Shown here: piece by piece, positions 1-10,770 of the stretch | Layout: each line of letters starts with the position of its first letter | Numbering within the stretch: position 1 is the stretch's first letter | Source of the DNA: Vulcanimicrobiota bacterium | GTDB taxonomy: Bacteria; Vulcanimicrobiota; Vulcanimicrobiia; Vulcanimicrobiales; Vulcanimicrobiaceae | Assembly: GCA_963795855.1 (NCBI GenBank) | Contig: CAWCIZ010000002.1 | Span: 160,001 to 224,000 of the forward strand | Direction: 5' to 3' | DNA length: 64,000 nt | The notes under the pieces: model-generated | What the model was told of the DNA's origin: nothing | Databases searched by the model: none | The model's input: the letters and a program-made list of their open reading frames with translations, nothing else | Made by a program: the position numbers and the translations under genes

Positions 1-742
1 GAGTCCGAACGTAAAGCCGAGCGGCGGGCTGCCCGCGAACAAATCGCTTTCTCGCGCCTGCAGCACGTATTTGCCGTACGTGTCGCACGTAGCCATGATG
101 TCGCGATGGAAGTGCATCGCCGCTTTGGGCTTCCCGGTAGTGCCCGACGTAAAGGCGATGACGGCCACGTCCTGTGCGGACGTCTGCACGTTATCGAACG
201 AATCGGGTTTTTCACGCATACGGCTTTCGAGATCGCCGCTGTTAAAGTGCAGCGCTTGAAATTCGCCGCTGCCTTCGACTGCGCTCTGCAACTCTTCGCA
301 CAGGCGCGCATCGCACAGCGCGTGCCGGATCTGCGCTTCGCAACGATCTTGCGCAACTCGTTCGCGCGGTAAAGCGGCATCGTCGTGACCGCGATGGCGC
401 CGCATTTCATGACCGCAAACCAGCAGGCGGCCAGCATCGGCGTGTTCGGCGCACGCAGCAGCACCCGATTTCCGGGAACGACGCCGAGATCTTCGGTGAG
501 CACGCGCGCGATACGATTGGTCGCCGAATGGAGATCGCCGTACGTCCATGTGACGCCCGGCGCAAGATGATGCACCGCCGATCCGCATATCCTTCCGCGA
601 TGTGGCGATCGAGGAGGAGCGAAGCGCAATTCATCCGCTCCGGGTACTGCAATTCCGGCAGGGTGAAGAGCAACTCCGGCCACCGATCGCGCGGCGGCAG
701 GCGATCCGCGGCAAACGTATCGACGTGCGCGCCGGCAGCCAT
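1..742 (-). CDS. Aromatic acid (2-aminobenzoate/benzoate)-CoA ligase, AMP-binding family; 5' part only, frameshifted, runs off window
   Basis: N-terminus [24 protein letters not shown]...YPERMNCA...LLD is typical of benzoate/anthranilate-CoA ligases; the AMP-binding motif [12 protein letters not shown] can be read on the minus strand near 125-160. Confidence 0.85.
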
Positions 743-743
743 G

Positions 744-1876
744 TCAGCGTTCCTCCAATAGCGAGCGTGCTATCACGATTTGCTGAATCTCGCTCGCACC
801 CTCGTAAATGCGCAGCGCGCGCACGTCGCGGTAAATCCGTTCGACCACCTCGCCGCGCGTCACGCCGCGCCCCCCGAATAACTGCACTGCGGCGTCCGCG
901 ATGCGCGAGGCCGTTTCCGTGGCGAACCATTTGGCCATCGCCGCCTCGCGCGTGACACGCTCGGCACCGCAATCTTTCGTATACGCCGCGCGGTACACCA
1001 ATAAAGCACTCGCGTCGATCTCGGTCGCCATCTGCGCGATCTTCGCCTGCGTCAATTGCAGCGCCGAAAGCGGCGCGCCGAAAAGTTTCCGTTCGCGCAC
1101 GTGCGCAACGCTCTCGTCGAGCGCGCGCCGCGCAAAGCCCACAGCCGCGGCGCCTACCGTCGCACGAAAGACGTCGAGCGTCGCCATCGCGATCTTGAAG
1201 CCGTTGCCCTCCTCGCCGATCCGGTTCTGGGCGGGAATTCGGCACCGCTCGAAGCGCAGCGTGCCGAGCGGATGCGGGGAAAGCGTTTCGATGCGCTGGG
1301 ACACGGAGAGGCCGGCGGAATCTGCCGGTCACGATGAACGCGGTCAGTCCTTTCGCTCCCGTGTCGGCGGTGCGCGCGAAGACGATGTACGTGTCCGCGA
1401 TTCCCGCGTTGCTGATCCACGTCTTTTCACCATCGACGACGTACCCGTCGCCGTCGCTCACCGCGCCGCGTTGCGATTGCGGCAACGTCGGAGCCGGCCT
1501 CACGTTCGGAGAGCGCAAAAGCCGCGACCGCGCTGCCCGACGCGATATCGCCGGCAGATGCGCTTACGCTGCTCCGGCGTACCAAACAGCGTAACGGAGC
1601 GCTGCCCAGTCCTTGCATGGCGAATGCGAAGTCGGCAAGTCCGTCGTGATATGCGAGCAGTTCGCGCGCGATGCACAGCGTTCGCACGTCCAGATCGAGG
1701 CACGCTTGCAAGAAATTAGACGCCGCAAGATCGCGAACCCAGGTCTTTACCGCCGTGTCCGCGTCGCCGGATTCGCAGTCTGCAGAACGCTGCGCCGGCC
1801 ACACGCGCATGCGCGCTGCGAACTCCGAGTGGCGCGCGTCGAAAAACGGCCATTGCAGAAACGCCGGATCGCGCAT
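744..1876 (-). CDS. Acyl-CoA dehydrogenase (frameshifted)
   Basis: Pieces [12 protein letters not shown]...[37 protein letters not shown], ...[13 protein letters not shown] across three frames. Confidence 0.9.
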
Positions 1877-1877
1877 G

Positions 1878-2673
1878 CTAGTCTCCGGCGAACGCCGGCT
1901 TTTCTCCGGCGACGAACGCTTCGTACGCTCGGCGGAAGTCCTGCGTTTGCATGCACTCGCGCTTGCTCGCGCGCTTCGGCGTCTATCGCCAGCGTCGAGC
2001 GGCATGTTCCATTCCTCGTGCAGCATGCGCTTCGTCACCGCATGCGCGGCGGTCGGGCCTTCGGCAAGCGACTTCGCGCCAACTCACGCGCCGCGGAGAG
2101 CACGCGTTCCGGTTCGTGCAATGGCATTATAGAATCCCCACGCGAGCGCTTCCTGCGCGTCCATCGCCCGACCCGTGTAGAGCAATTCCGACGCGCCGGC
2201 CATGGCCGACGATTCGCGGCAGCATCGCGCACGCGCCCATATCGCATCCCGCCAGGCCGACGCGCACGAACAGAAAAGCGACGCTGCTGCGCGCGGTGCC
2301 GAAGCGCAGGTCCGATGCCATTGCCAAAATCGCGCCGGCGCCCGCGCACACGCCGTCGATAGCCGCAACGATCGGCTGCGGACAAGCCCGCATCGCTTTG
2401 ACGAGATCGCCGGTCATTTGCGTAAATTCGAGCAGTTGTTCGCGGATTCGCTGCGTGAGCGGACCGATGATGTCGCGCACATCTCCGCCCGAGCAAAAAT
2501 TTTCTCCTTCACCGGTCAAGCACGACGGCTTTGATGTTCGTATCATCTTCGAGCGCGCGAAAGTAATCGCGCAATTCGGCATACGACTCAAACGTCAGCG
2601 GATTCTTTCGCTCGGGCCGGTCGAGCATGATCGTCACGACGCTGCCTCGGGTGTCATAGCGAACGTACGGCAT
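1878..2673 (-). CDS. Enoyl-CoA hydratase/crotonase family protein (frameshifted)
   Basis: MPYVRY...[58 protein letters not shown] upstream. Confidence 0.9.
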
Positions 2674-2684
2674 ACTGTCCTTCC

Positions 2685-3106
2685 TTATCGAATGCGAAAC
2701 GGCAGATCTTCTTCGGCTGTGTGCCCTGCGGCGTTGCGTGCGATGACGCGCAAGCGGTACGCTCGTATGAAAATCGGCGGCACGTCGAACACGCGCGAGC
2801 GCAAAATGGAAATCGCCGAATGAACGGCGCGGAACGTTTATCGAAAACAGGTTCGTTCGCACTTCGACGCTTGCGACGTTCGTCGTCGTGACGATCGTTC
2901 CCGACCACGTTTGCCCGCGGCGTATATCGTCGCCGGAAAACCGCATGGCGACGATACGCGGCGGAGCCGTCCGCGGGCGCGACCGGCGGCGCCGGAAGAG
3001 CGCGACCGCGCGCGAAAACGAAACGTTCTCCGGAACCGGCACGGCACGCGCCGCGCACCCCGTGAAGCAGCGAACGCCGAAAGCGCAGCAGCGGCTCGCC
3101 GAACAT
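2685..3106 (-). CDS. Hypothetical exported/lipoprotein with beta-rich domain (frameshifted; start uncertain)
   Basis: Protein-like pieces PPRIVAMRFSGDDIRRGQTWSGTIVTTTNVASVEVR and ...AYRLRVIARNAAG...EEDLPFRIR*. Confidence 0.55.
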
Positions 3107-3186
3107 CGCGAGCTGACTGGTCGCCAAGCTGCGGAGCTTTTCCTGCCCTCAAAGGCGGCCGATGTACGGGCTCGTAACGCTGCACC

Positions 3187-4205
3187 ATGTCGGCTCCGGT
3201 CGCAGCGCAGCAAATCGCTCGATCTGTGGATCGCCATTTGCACGCTCTGGATTTCGTGCGGGTTCTTCCTGGATGCTTGGGCGCACGGGCACGTGCCCAT
3301 GGAAACCTTTTTTACGCCGTATCACGCGCTTGTTCTATAGCGGCATGGTCGCGCTCGGTTGTCGTGCTCGCGGCGTTCGTATCCGGCACGGCGGATTTCC
3401 GCGGCGTACCGGTATCCGCTGCTCGGTATTCCCATTTTCATCCTGGCCGGCCTCGGCGATCTCGTCTTGGCATCATTTCTTGGGCGTCGAAGAAGGCGTG
3501 GATGCGCTGCTCAGTCCGACGCACAGGCACTTGGCCTGGGCATCTTCTTCATTTCGAGCGCGCCGATACTTTCCGCGCTGCGCGCGCGCGAACACACTGA
3601 CCACGCTTGGCGATCAACTTCCGCTGATATTTGCGCTTGCAACGTGGATCGAACTGGTGCACTTCGGGACGGCATATGCCTTCGATCCCGGTGCCGGACG
3701 CACTGAATGCGCCGCCGCCGATCGGATCCGTTCACGCCCGACTACCTTACCGCGATTTCGATCGGTTATTACAAATCGGCATGGGCGTGCTCGTCGTGCT
3801 TTTTCAAAGCGCCCTCATGGCCGGGTTTGCGCTCTTCGCCGGGACCCGTTTTCCGCTGCGTCCCGGTGCGCTGACGCTGCATGTATCTGCTGGGCAATTT
3901 TGCCGCGGCCGCCGCATTCACGAATGATACGCCGCTGCTCTGACGGTGCTTGCGATGAGCGGCGCGGCCGGAATAGCGGGCGACGCATCGTTGCGCGGCT
4001 TGCGCCCGACGCCGGAACGCGCGCTGCGTACCGCGTTCTCGGCGCTGCGGTACCCGTTGTCATATTTTGCGACGTATTTCATCGTGACCGGCGTCTGCGG
4101 AGCGCGTGTGGTGGGATTGGAACGTGCTGCTGGGCGCGATGATCTGGGCGGGCGTCATCGGCTTCGGTCTGACGCTGCTTTCAGCCGCGCACGCAGACCG
4201 CCTGA
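3187..4205 (+). CDS. Conserved multi-pass membrane protein (frameshifted)
   Basis: Hydrophobic segments with GFFLDAWAHGH...ETFFTPYH...YSG and WHHFLGVE.GVDALLSPTH motifs over several frames. Confidence 0.7.
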
Positions 4206-5738
4206 TGCGGGGCGTTTGACCGCACTCCGCGTTGCCGCGCATCTGGCGACGAGATTGGCGATACGGCTATTTTCGCGACGAATTGTATTTCATCGCTTGC
4301 TCGAAGCATTTGGCCTGGGGCTACGTCGATCAACCGCCGCTCGTCGCATTCGCCGCATGGCTTTCGGCGCCGTTCGGCTACGAATCTGTTGCGCTGCGCG
4401 CGTTGCCCGCGCGCGGCCGCGGCGCTGACCGTCTGGCTCGCGGTTCGCATCGCGCGCGATCTGGGCGGCGGCCGATTTGCGCAAGTGCTTGCTGCGGCTC
4501 GCCACGCTGCTGCTGCCCGCGTATCTGCTTCTCGGCAACACGCTGACGACGACCTCGTTCGAACCGCTTTCTTGGACGCTTGTTGCCTATGCGCTGATTC
4601 GGCTGGTGCGAACGGGGGATACGCGCTATTGGCTGGCGGCCGGCGCGGCGTTCGCCTTCGGCATGTACGGAAAGTATTCGATGCTGCTGCTCGGCGGCGG
4701 CGTTCCCGATCGGATTGGCGTTCACCGAAAGAGCGGCGTTTCTTGGCCAGCTTGGTTCGGCGCCGGCGTGCTGTGCGGCTTGGCGCTCATCGCTCCGAAT
4801 CTCGCCTGGCAAACGTCGCACGCGTGGCCGTTCGTGCAGGTGGTCCTAGGCGACTTCGCTCACCGCCACGCGTTCAATACCGGACTGCAACTCGAGTATA
4901 CGAAACTTGGCGCAAAACGCGCGCGGCCTTCATCCTCGAGCAATCGATGTACACCAATCCCGTTTGCCGTCCCGTTTTGGCTCGCCGGGCTTGGCTGCGT
5001 TCGTCCTTCATCTGCGCCTGCGTGACTTGCGCTTCATCGCCATCGCGTATGTCGTGCTCTTGTTGCTCGGCATTTTGTTCGAAGCGAAGGGCTATTACAT
5101 CATCGGCATCTACGCAGTGCTTCTTGCGTGCGGAAGCGTTTGCGCTGGAGCGCGCGCTCGTCGCCGCGCGCGTTCGATCGCGCGACGGTAACGGCCGTAT
5201 TCCTGATAGTCACGCTGCCGTTCGTTCCGTTTTCGCTTCCGGTGCTGCCGCATCGATGCGTTCATCGCGTATGCGCGTGCTCTGCACCTCACCGGGCAAA
5301 ACGGCACGCCGGCGCACGTCATCCAGCCCGTCTTCGCCGAGGAATTCGGCTGGGACGAACTGGCCAGGCACGTCGCATCCGCCTACTAATTCGCTGCCCG
5401 CGCGACTCCGCAAGCACACGGGGATATTCGCAGACACCTACGCCGATGCGGGAGCACTCGGGTTGTACGGTCCGCGGTACGGCTTGCCGCCGGTCATCAG
5501 CGCGCAAAACACGTATTATCTTTGGGGCACGCGCGGGTACGACGGCCGCTCGCTCATCGTCGTCGGTGCGACGCAAGCCGGTCTCATGCGCACGCTCTAC
5601 AGAAAGATGACGCTGCTCGCCACGTACGGCAACGCGTACAAATGGATCGTCGAAGGGCCGACGCCGATTTATCTCTGCACGGATCCCGTTGCTCCGCTCC
5701 CGCGGCTTTGGCCGCGGCTGAAGTGGTACGGCGCATGA
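4205..5738 (+). CDS. GT-C fold membrane glycosyltransferase (ArnT/PMT-like; frameshifted)
   Basis: YGYFRDELYFIACSKHLAWGYVDQPPL motif; many TM helices; C-terminal AGALGLYGPRYGLPPVISAQNTYYLWG. Confidence 0.85.
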
Positions 5739-5767
5739 GCCGTGCCGTTCGCGGGTAGACCAGGCAC

Positions 5768-6094
5768 ATGCCCAAAGACAGCGGGACCGAAAAAGCGCAG
5801 ACTTTCGCGGAGCATTTGAACGAGAGTTTTCCCGGCGCCGGAACCAGATGGAGCGGGCCGCCGCAGCAGCCCGCGCGTTACGTGTTCGATATGCCGGGGT
5901 TCAACAAGCAAATCGTTATTCAAGAGCGCGTCTTCGATCTCTGGGGAGGCAGCAAACCTGCGCTTCAAAAGGCGCTCGACCATCACAACGTCGACGATCG
6001 GATCGCCGGCTGCCCGGCAGGAAGCGCGCTGCACGTCGTTCCCGGCAACGGAGAAAAGCCGGAGTTCGAAACCCGAACGCTTTCACAGTATTAA
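5768..6094 (+). CDS. Hypothetical protein, 108 aa
   Basis: Clean ORF with protein-like composition filling the gap. Confidence 0.65.
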   Translation: MPKDSGTEKAQTFAEHLNESFPGAGTRWSGPPQQPARYVFDMPGFNKQIVIQERVFDLWGGSKPALQKALDHHNVDDRIAGCPAGSALHVVPGNGEKPEFETRTLSQY

Positions 6095-7087
6095 GTGAAC
6101 GTCGCCGAATTCGTGCTCGTAGTAGGCCAGCGCCGCCGCTTGTTCGTACGCCTGCGCCAGGAGTTCGCGGTCCAAAAACGCCTGCAAGATCCATAGGTGC
6201 GTCGCATCCGCATCGTGAAATCCGGTCAGTAACCCGTCCACCGTGCGCGGCGTATGGTCGCGGTCGATCACGAGATCGGTCCAACCCCGCCGACGCAACG
6301 ACTTCGCCGTCGCGAACGGCGCTTTCGAGTGCGCGCAGCGCGGTACTTCCCGACGGCAATCACGCGGCGCGCTTGGCCGCGCCAGGTTTACGGCGCGCGC
6401 GGCCTGCGCGGAGACCGCAAACCGTTCAGTCGCCGGAAGCTCCGGCGTTTCGAAACTGGCGACGCCGCAGTGCAGCGTCACCGAGGCGATGCTTACGCCC
6501 GTTTGCGCAAGCGCGTCCACGACGCGCGCCGTAAAAGGCCGAGAGGCGGAAGGCATTTCGGAAGAGCCCGGCGTTCGCGCAAACATCGTCTGGTAGTCGG
6601 CGATCGGAAAACGTTCGCGAACGTACGCGTACCGAATCGGTTCGCCGAACTGCTGCAGATAGGCATCCATCGGGAACGGAGCTGAAACCAGACGTACCAC
6701 AGCCGTGGGTGCTCGGGTTCGACGGGCGCGATGAATGCGGCGGACGCATCTCCGGGTAAGCGCACCTCCTCGCCGCCGAACACGCGCCCGCGCGGTTCGG
6801 CAGTCCACAAACGCGTATCGATCTTCGTGCCGACGTGGAGCATCAGCGCCTCGCCGTTCGCGCGCCGAGCGTGAAGCGCCGCCGGCAGCGTGGCTGAATC
6901 GTTCACGACGAGCAAATCGCCGCGTTTCAAGTGCGACGGCAACTCGTCAAAACGCGCATGCGCGTGCGTTCGTTTCGCGCGTTCGGTTACGAGCATGCGT
7001 ACCTCGTCGCGCGGCGACGCCTCGACGCTCCGGCGGCGCCGTTGCCGCACGCAGCCCCGGCGTCTGCGAAACGGCCGAGGCAATCAT
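6083..7087 (-). CDS. QueA-like S-adenosylmethionine:tRNA ribosyltransferase-isomerase family protein (frameshifted)
   Basis: GDLLVVNDSATLPA, YQTMFARTPGSSEMPSASRPFT, VTLHCGV, LLTGFH, HEFGDVHLIL; ATG overlaps the SDR stop (ATGA). Confidence 0.85.
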
Positions 7088-7809
7088 GCCGGCACCATTC
7101 CCGCGAGTTTCACGCGTTCGTACGGCGCCTTCATCGCCCCGACGGCCTGCAGCAGCGCGCGGGCAGACTCGGCGGGTTCGCGCAACTCCGCCGGATCGGC
7201 GTCGGGAACCGCGTCGCGGTGCATCTGCGTATTCATGTCGCCGGGATCCGCTACGAGCACGCGAATCTGCGCGTCGTCCAACTCGGCCGCGAACACGCGC
7301 GAGACGTGCTCGAGCGCGGCTTTGCTCGCACCGTAACCGCCCCACGTCGGATACGCTTCCACCGCCGCGTCCGAGGTGACATTCACAATGGTTTTCGTGC
7401 CGCCGCTCCGGCGCATGAACTGCGCCGCGTGCTGCATCAGGTGAATCGGCGCAAAGACGTTCGTGCCGAAGAGATCTTCGAACGCTTGCTGTGCCAGCGC
7501 GTCTATACGCGGCAGAGGCAGCGTACCGAGCGTCGAGGCGTTGTTCACGAGCAGATCCAAACGGCCGAGTTCGCGCGCGGCCGCCACGAGCGCGTGCACG
7601 TGATCTTTGTCCGTCACGTCGCCCGAAATGGCGATCACCTCGCCGTACTTGCGCAATTCTGCCGCGGCCGCTTCCAGGGCGCCGGCGTTTCGGCCGTCGA
7701 CGATCGTGCGCACCCCGCGGATCGCGAGTTCTCGGGCCACCGCGTAGCCGAGCCCGCGCGAGCCGCCGGTAACGATGGCCACGTGGCCCGCTTCAAACCA
7801 GTTCTTCAT
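7084..7809 (-). CDS. Short-chain dehydrogenase/reductase
   Basis: TGGSRGLG, NNAS, YGASK motifs. Confidence 0.93.
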   Translation of the reverse strand: MKNWFEAGHVAIVTGGSRGLGYAVARELAIRGVRTIVDGRNAGALEAAAAELRKYGEVIAISGDVTDKDHVHALVAAARELGRLDLLVNNASTLGTLPLPRIDALAQQAFEDLFGTNVFAPIHLMQHAAQFMRRSGGTKTIVNVTSDAAVEAYPTWGGYGASKAALEHVSRVFAAELDDAQIRVLVADPGDMNTQMHRDAVPDADPAELREPAESARALLQAVGAMKAPYERVKLAGMVPA

Positions 7810-7815
7810 GGTGCA

Positions 7816-7846
7816 ACCCTACAACCTCAAGTATAGTTGAGGTCAA
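7816..7846 (-). promoter_or_regulatory. SoxR box within a MerR-type 19-bp-spacer promoter for the SDR/QueA-like operon
   Basis: Inverted repeat ACCTCAA-GTATAG-TTGAGGT (7824-7843); on minus strand TTGACC-19 nt-TAGGGT, then 6 nt to the SDR ATG. Confidence 0.9.
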
Positions 7847-7850
7847 TACC

Positions 7851-8289
7851 ATGCACGAAACGCTCACGGTTGGGGAACTCGCCGCGCGCAGCGGCGTCGC
7901 GATTTCGACCATCCGCTTCTATGAGGCCAAAGGCTTGATACAAAGCGTCCGCAACACCGGCAATCAGCGCCGATTTTCACGCGCCGAACTGCGCCGCGTC
8001 GCGGTCATCAAGGTCGCGCAGCGCGCCGGAATCTCGTTGGCCGAAATTCGCGAAACGCTCTGCACGCTGCCCACGAACCGGCCGATTTCCGCGGACGATT
8101 GGGCGGATTTGTCGGCAGCGCTGGAAAGCGGCACTGGATAGTCGCATACGCAGATTGACCGCGCTGCGCGATCAGCTCGGCGATTGCATCGGCTGCGGAT
8201 GTCTCTCGCTCGACAGCTGCCCGCTTCGCAACCCGATGGACTTCCTCTCCGAAGAGGGGCCCGGGCCGCGCCTGATCGCAACCGATTAA
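7851..8289 (+). CDS. soxR: Redox-sensitive transcriptional activator SoxR (one frameshift near 8120)
   Basis: Mer[25 protein letters not shown]...GNQRRF; after the shift the [2Fe-2S] motif [17 protein letters not shown]. Confidence 0.93.
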
Positions 8290-10010
8290 GCGGCGCGGTC
8301 CTCCGAGCAGAGGACCGGGAGCGTCACGGTCACGTGCGTACCGAGCCCGGCGAGCCGTTCGACCTGCACGTCGGAAGCCAACGCGGAAACCAAAAACAAG
8401 CCGCGTCCGCCCTCAGACCAAATGCTCGGCGGCAGCGCCGGTTCGTACCGGAAACCCGGTCCGCGATCGATGACGTGCAGCACCAGTTCGTCGCCGCGCC
8501 GTTCGAGCGAGACACTCAGCGGGCCGGGCGCGTGACGCACCGCGTTTCCCACGAGTTCCGCGAAAATCAGGCCGCAGTTCGCCAATTCTTCCTCGCTCGG
8601 TGCGCAAAGCGTCGTAATGTTTCGGAAATATTCCTCACGCATCGCATACGCAGCTCGCGCATCCGCCGCTTGGAACTGCCAGCGCACCTCGGGCTCGCCG
8701 AAGCGGACGACCAAGATCGCGATATCGTCGCGAGGCGCCTGATTTGCGATGGCGCGTTCGATGAACTCGGCGGCATTCGTCGCGTGCGCGACCGCGTCCG
8801 AACTGACGACGCGTTCGAGCAACTCGTCGCCGGAAATGACGTCGCGCGTGATTTCGATGAGCCCGTCGGTATACAGCACCAGCATGCTTTTATCGGGACA
8901 ATGCACGGTATGCGTTTGGAACGCCGCCTCTGGAAACGCGCCAAGCGGAGCCGACGGGTTTTCGAGCCGGCGCACCATTTGCCCATTCAAGCGCAAGAAC
9001 GGCGGCGCGTGGCCCGCAGACACGTAGCGCAGCGCGCGCGACTTCGGATCCAAGATGCCGACGAACGCGCTCGCGAGTTTTTCTCCGGCCTCGGCGAGCA
9101 GAACGCGATTGCAGAGGTCGACGATCCTTTTCGGATCGCGCGCGTCCAAGGCGGCCACTCGAATCGCCTGCCGCATCAGCACCATCAGACGCGCCGCTTC
9201 GATGCCTTTACCGGTTACGTCGCCGATCGTGATAACGATCTCGCCACGCTGGTTTTCGAAGGCATCGTACCAGTCGCCGCCCACGTCGGCTTCCGTCGAT
9301 CCGGGACGGTAGTGCGCGGTGATCTCGATGTCGCGGTGCGCGGGGAAACGCTCGGGAAGGAAAGATCGCTGCAGCGTTTCCGCGACGTACTGCTCGCGGT
9401 GAAATTGCTTGGCATTGGCGACCGCAAGCCCGGCCCTGCGTCCCACCTCCAATGCGAAAAGCAGGTCGGCTTGATCGAATTCATTGTGGTCGCCGGTCCG
9501 AACGAACGTGAGCGCACCGAAAAGATGCTTTTGCGCCACGACCGGAACGACGATCTTCGAGCGGTAGCCGAACCGCCGCATGTACTGCTCGTGTTGACGG
9601 GAAGCCGCGTGCCGGCGAATGACCTCATCGTCGATATGCGGCAAGAAAAACGGTTCCCCGGTGCGCGTGACTTGAACGACGGGGTGGACGCCGAACTCTT
9701 CCACGTACAAAATCGTAGAAACGCTGGCGAGCGCCTCCTCCTTGCTCGGGTCGCGGTGGGCAGATGCGGTAACGAAAAGTCGATCCGACCGTTCGTCGAT
9801 CAGGTCGAAAAGGCAAATGTCGGCGAACGTTTCGACGGCGAGGCGCGCGACGTTATTCAGTGTGGCTGTAACGTCGAGCGACTGGTGAAACATTTCGCCG
9901 GCACGAACGAGTAAATTGAGCCGCTCTTCGTTGCGGCGCTCAATCGCAATGTCCAACCAACGCTCCCGAGTCTCCCGAGTGTCCCTATTCCCGGATTCCG
10001 CCGGAACCAT
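8286..10010 (-). CDS. GAF + SpoIIE/PP2C phosphatase + HATPase (RsbU/RsbW-like fusion)
   Basis: [28 protein letters not shown], then [10 protein letters not shown] and DRGPGF...GRGL. Confidence 0.9.
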   Translation of the reverse strand: MVPAESGNRDTRETRERWLDIAIERRNEERLNLLVRAGEMFHQSLDVTATLNNVARLAVETFADICLFDLIDERSDRLFVTASAHRDPSKEEALASVSTILYVEEFGVHPVVQVTRTGEPFFLPHIDDEVIRRHAASRQHEQYMRRFGYRSKIVVPVVAQKHLFGALTFVRTGDHNEFDQADLLFALEVGRRAGLAVANAKQFHREQYVAETLQRSFLPERFPAHRDIEITAHYRPGSTEADVGGDWYDAFENQRGEIVITIGDVTGKGIEAARLMVLMRQAIRVAALDARDPKRIVDLCNRVLLAEAGEKLASAFVGILDPKSRALRYVSAGHAPPFLRLNGQMVRRLENPSAPLGAFPEAAFQTHTVHCPDKSMLVLYTDGLIEITRDVISGDELLERVVSSDAVAHATNAAEFIERAIANQAPRDDIAILVVRFGEPEVRWQFQAADARAAYAMREEYFRNITTLCAPSEEELANCGLIFAELVGNAVRHAPGPLSVSLERRGDELVLHVIDRGPGFRYEPALPPSIWSEGGRGLFLVSALASDVQVERLAGLGTHVTVTLPVLCSEDRAA

Positions 10011-10022
10011 GCTCGGGCCGGC

Positions 10023-10745
10023 TCAAGCGGGCGGCAGGATTACCTCCCGGCCATTCTCGCCCGATTCGCAGAGCGCGATTGCTGCAGCCGCAATCTCGTT
10101 GAGCGTCGCGAGACGCCGCCCCGGATTGCTTTGTGCGAGCTGGAGCCGCGCCTGCTCGGCATCGAGGCCCGCGCGGCGGACGATATTCGCGACCGCCTGC
10201 TCCATCATATCGGTCTCGGTGTATCCGGGGCAGATCGCGTTTACCGTCACGCCGGTGCCCTCGACTTCCGCAGACAACGCGCGTGTGAATCCGATCACGC
10301 CGTGCTTGCTGGCGGTGTACGCGGCGATGTACGGCGCTCCATAGAGACCCGCGATGCTCGCTAGATTGACGATGCGCCCGAACTTTGCCGCGAGCAGTTC
10401 GTCGATAACGGCTCGCGAGCACAAATACGTTCCGGTGAGATTCGTTCCGACGATGCGATCCCACATCGCCTTGTCCGTGCGCTTGAGCGGCGCCCCTTCC
10501 GCGATGCCGGAGTTGTTCACGAGAATCGCGACGGGGCCGTTCGCCTGCCGGCACTGCGCGAACGCTTGATTCACCGCTGTTTCGTCAGACACGTCGCCTG
10601 CGACGCGAAAAAAATCGTCGCCGGTATCCGGCGCCGTCCGGCTCACAATGCTCACGTTCGCACCCGCGGCTTTCAAAGCGCGCGCGATCGCAAGGCCGAT
10701 GCCGCGTCCTCCGCCCGTAACGACGGCGTGTTTGCCCGCAATCAT
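10023..10745 (-). CDS. SDR oxidoreductase of the aromatic-CoA cluster
   Basis: TGGGRGIG, NNSG, YTASKHG. Confidence 0.92.
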   Translation of the reverse strand: MIAGKHAVVTGGGRGIGLAIARALKAAGANVSIVSRTAPDTGDDFFRVAGDVSDETAVNQAFAQCRQANGPVAILVNNSGIAEGAPLKRTDKAMWDRIVGTNLTGTYLCSRAVIDELLAAKFGRIVNLASIAGLYGAPYIAAYTASKHGVIGFTRALSAEVEGTGVTVNAICPGYTETDMMEQAVANIVRRAGLDAEQARLQLAQSNPGRRLATLNEIAAAAIALCESGENGREVILPPA

Positions 10746-10770
10746 GCGTGCACCTCGGTTGCCGCCGGTT

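Noticed and set aside
1..8289. Many frameshifts suggesting mass pseudogenisation or programmed frameshifting (also 13.7 kb, 45-47 kb, 53-62.6 kb)
   Set aside because: Small indels hit unrelated genes whose motifs are intact and cluster by region, as expected of low-coverage long-read errors; cannot be confirmed without reads
8184..9914. Long antisense ORFs (e.g. 576 aa here; 10648-12315, 13460-15163, 34455-35993, 42929-44794)
   Set aside because: Shadow frames of real genes in GC-rich DNA; no family motifs
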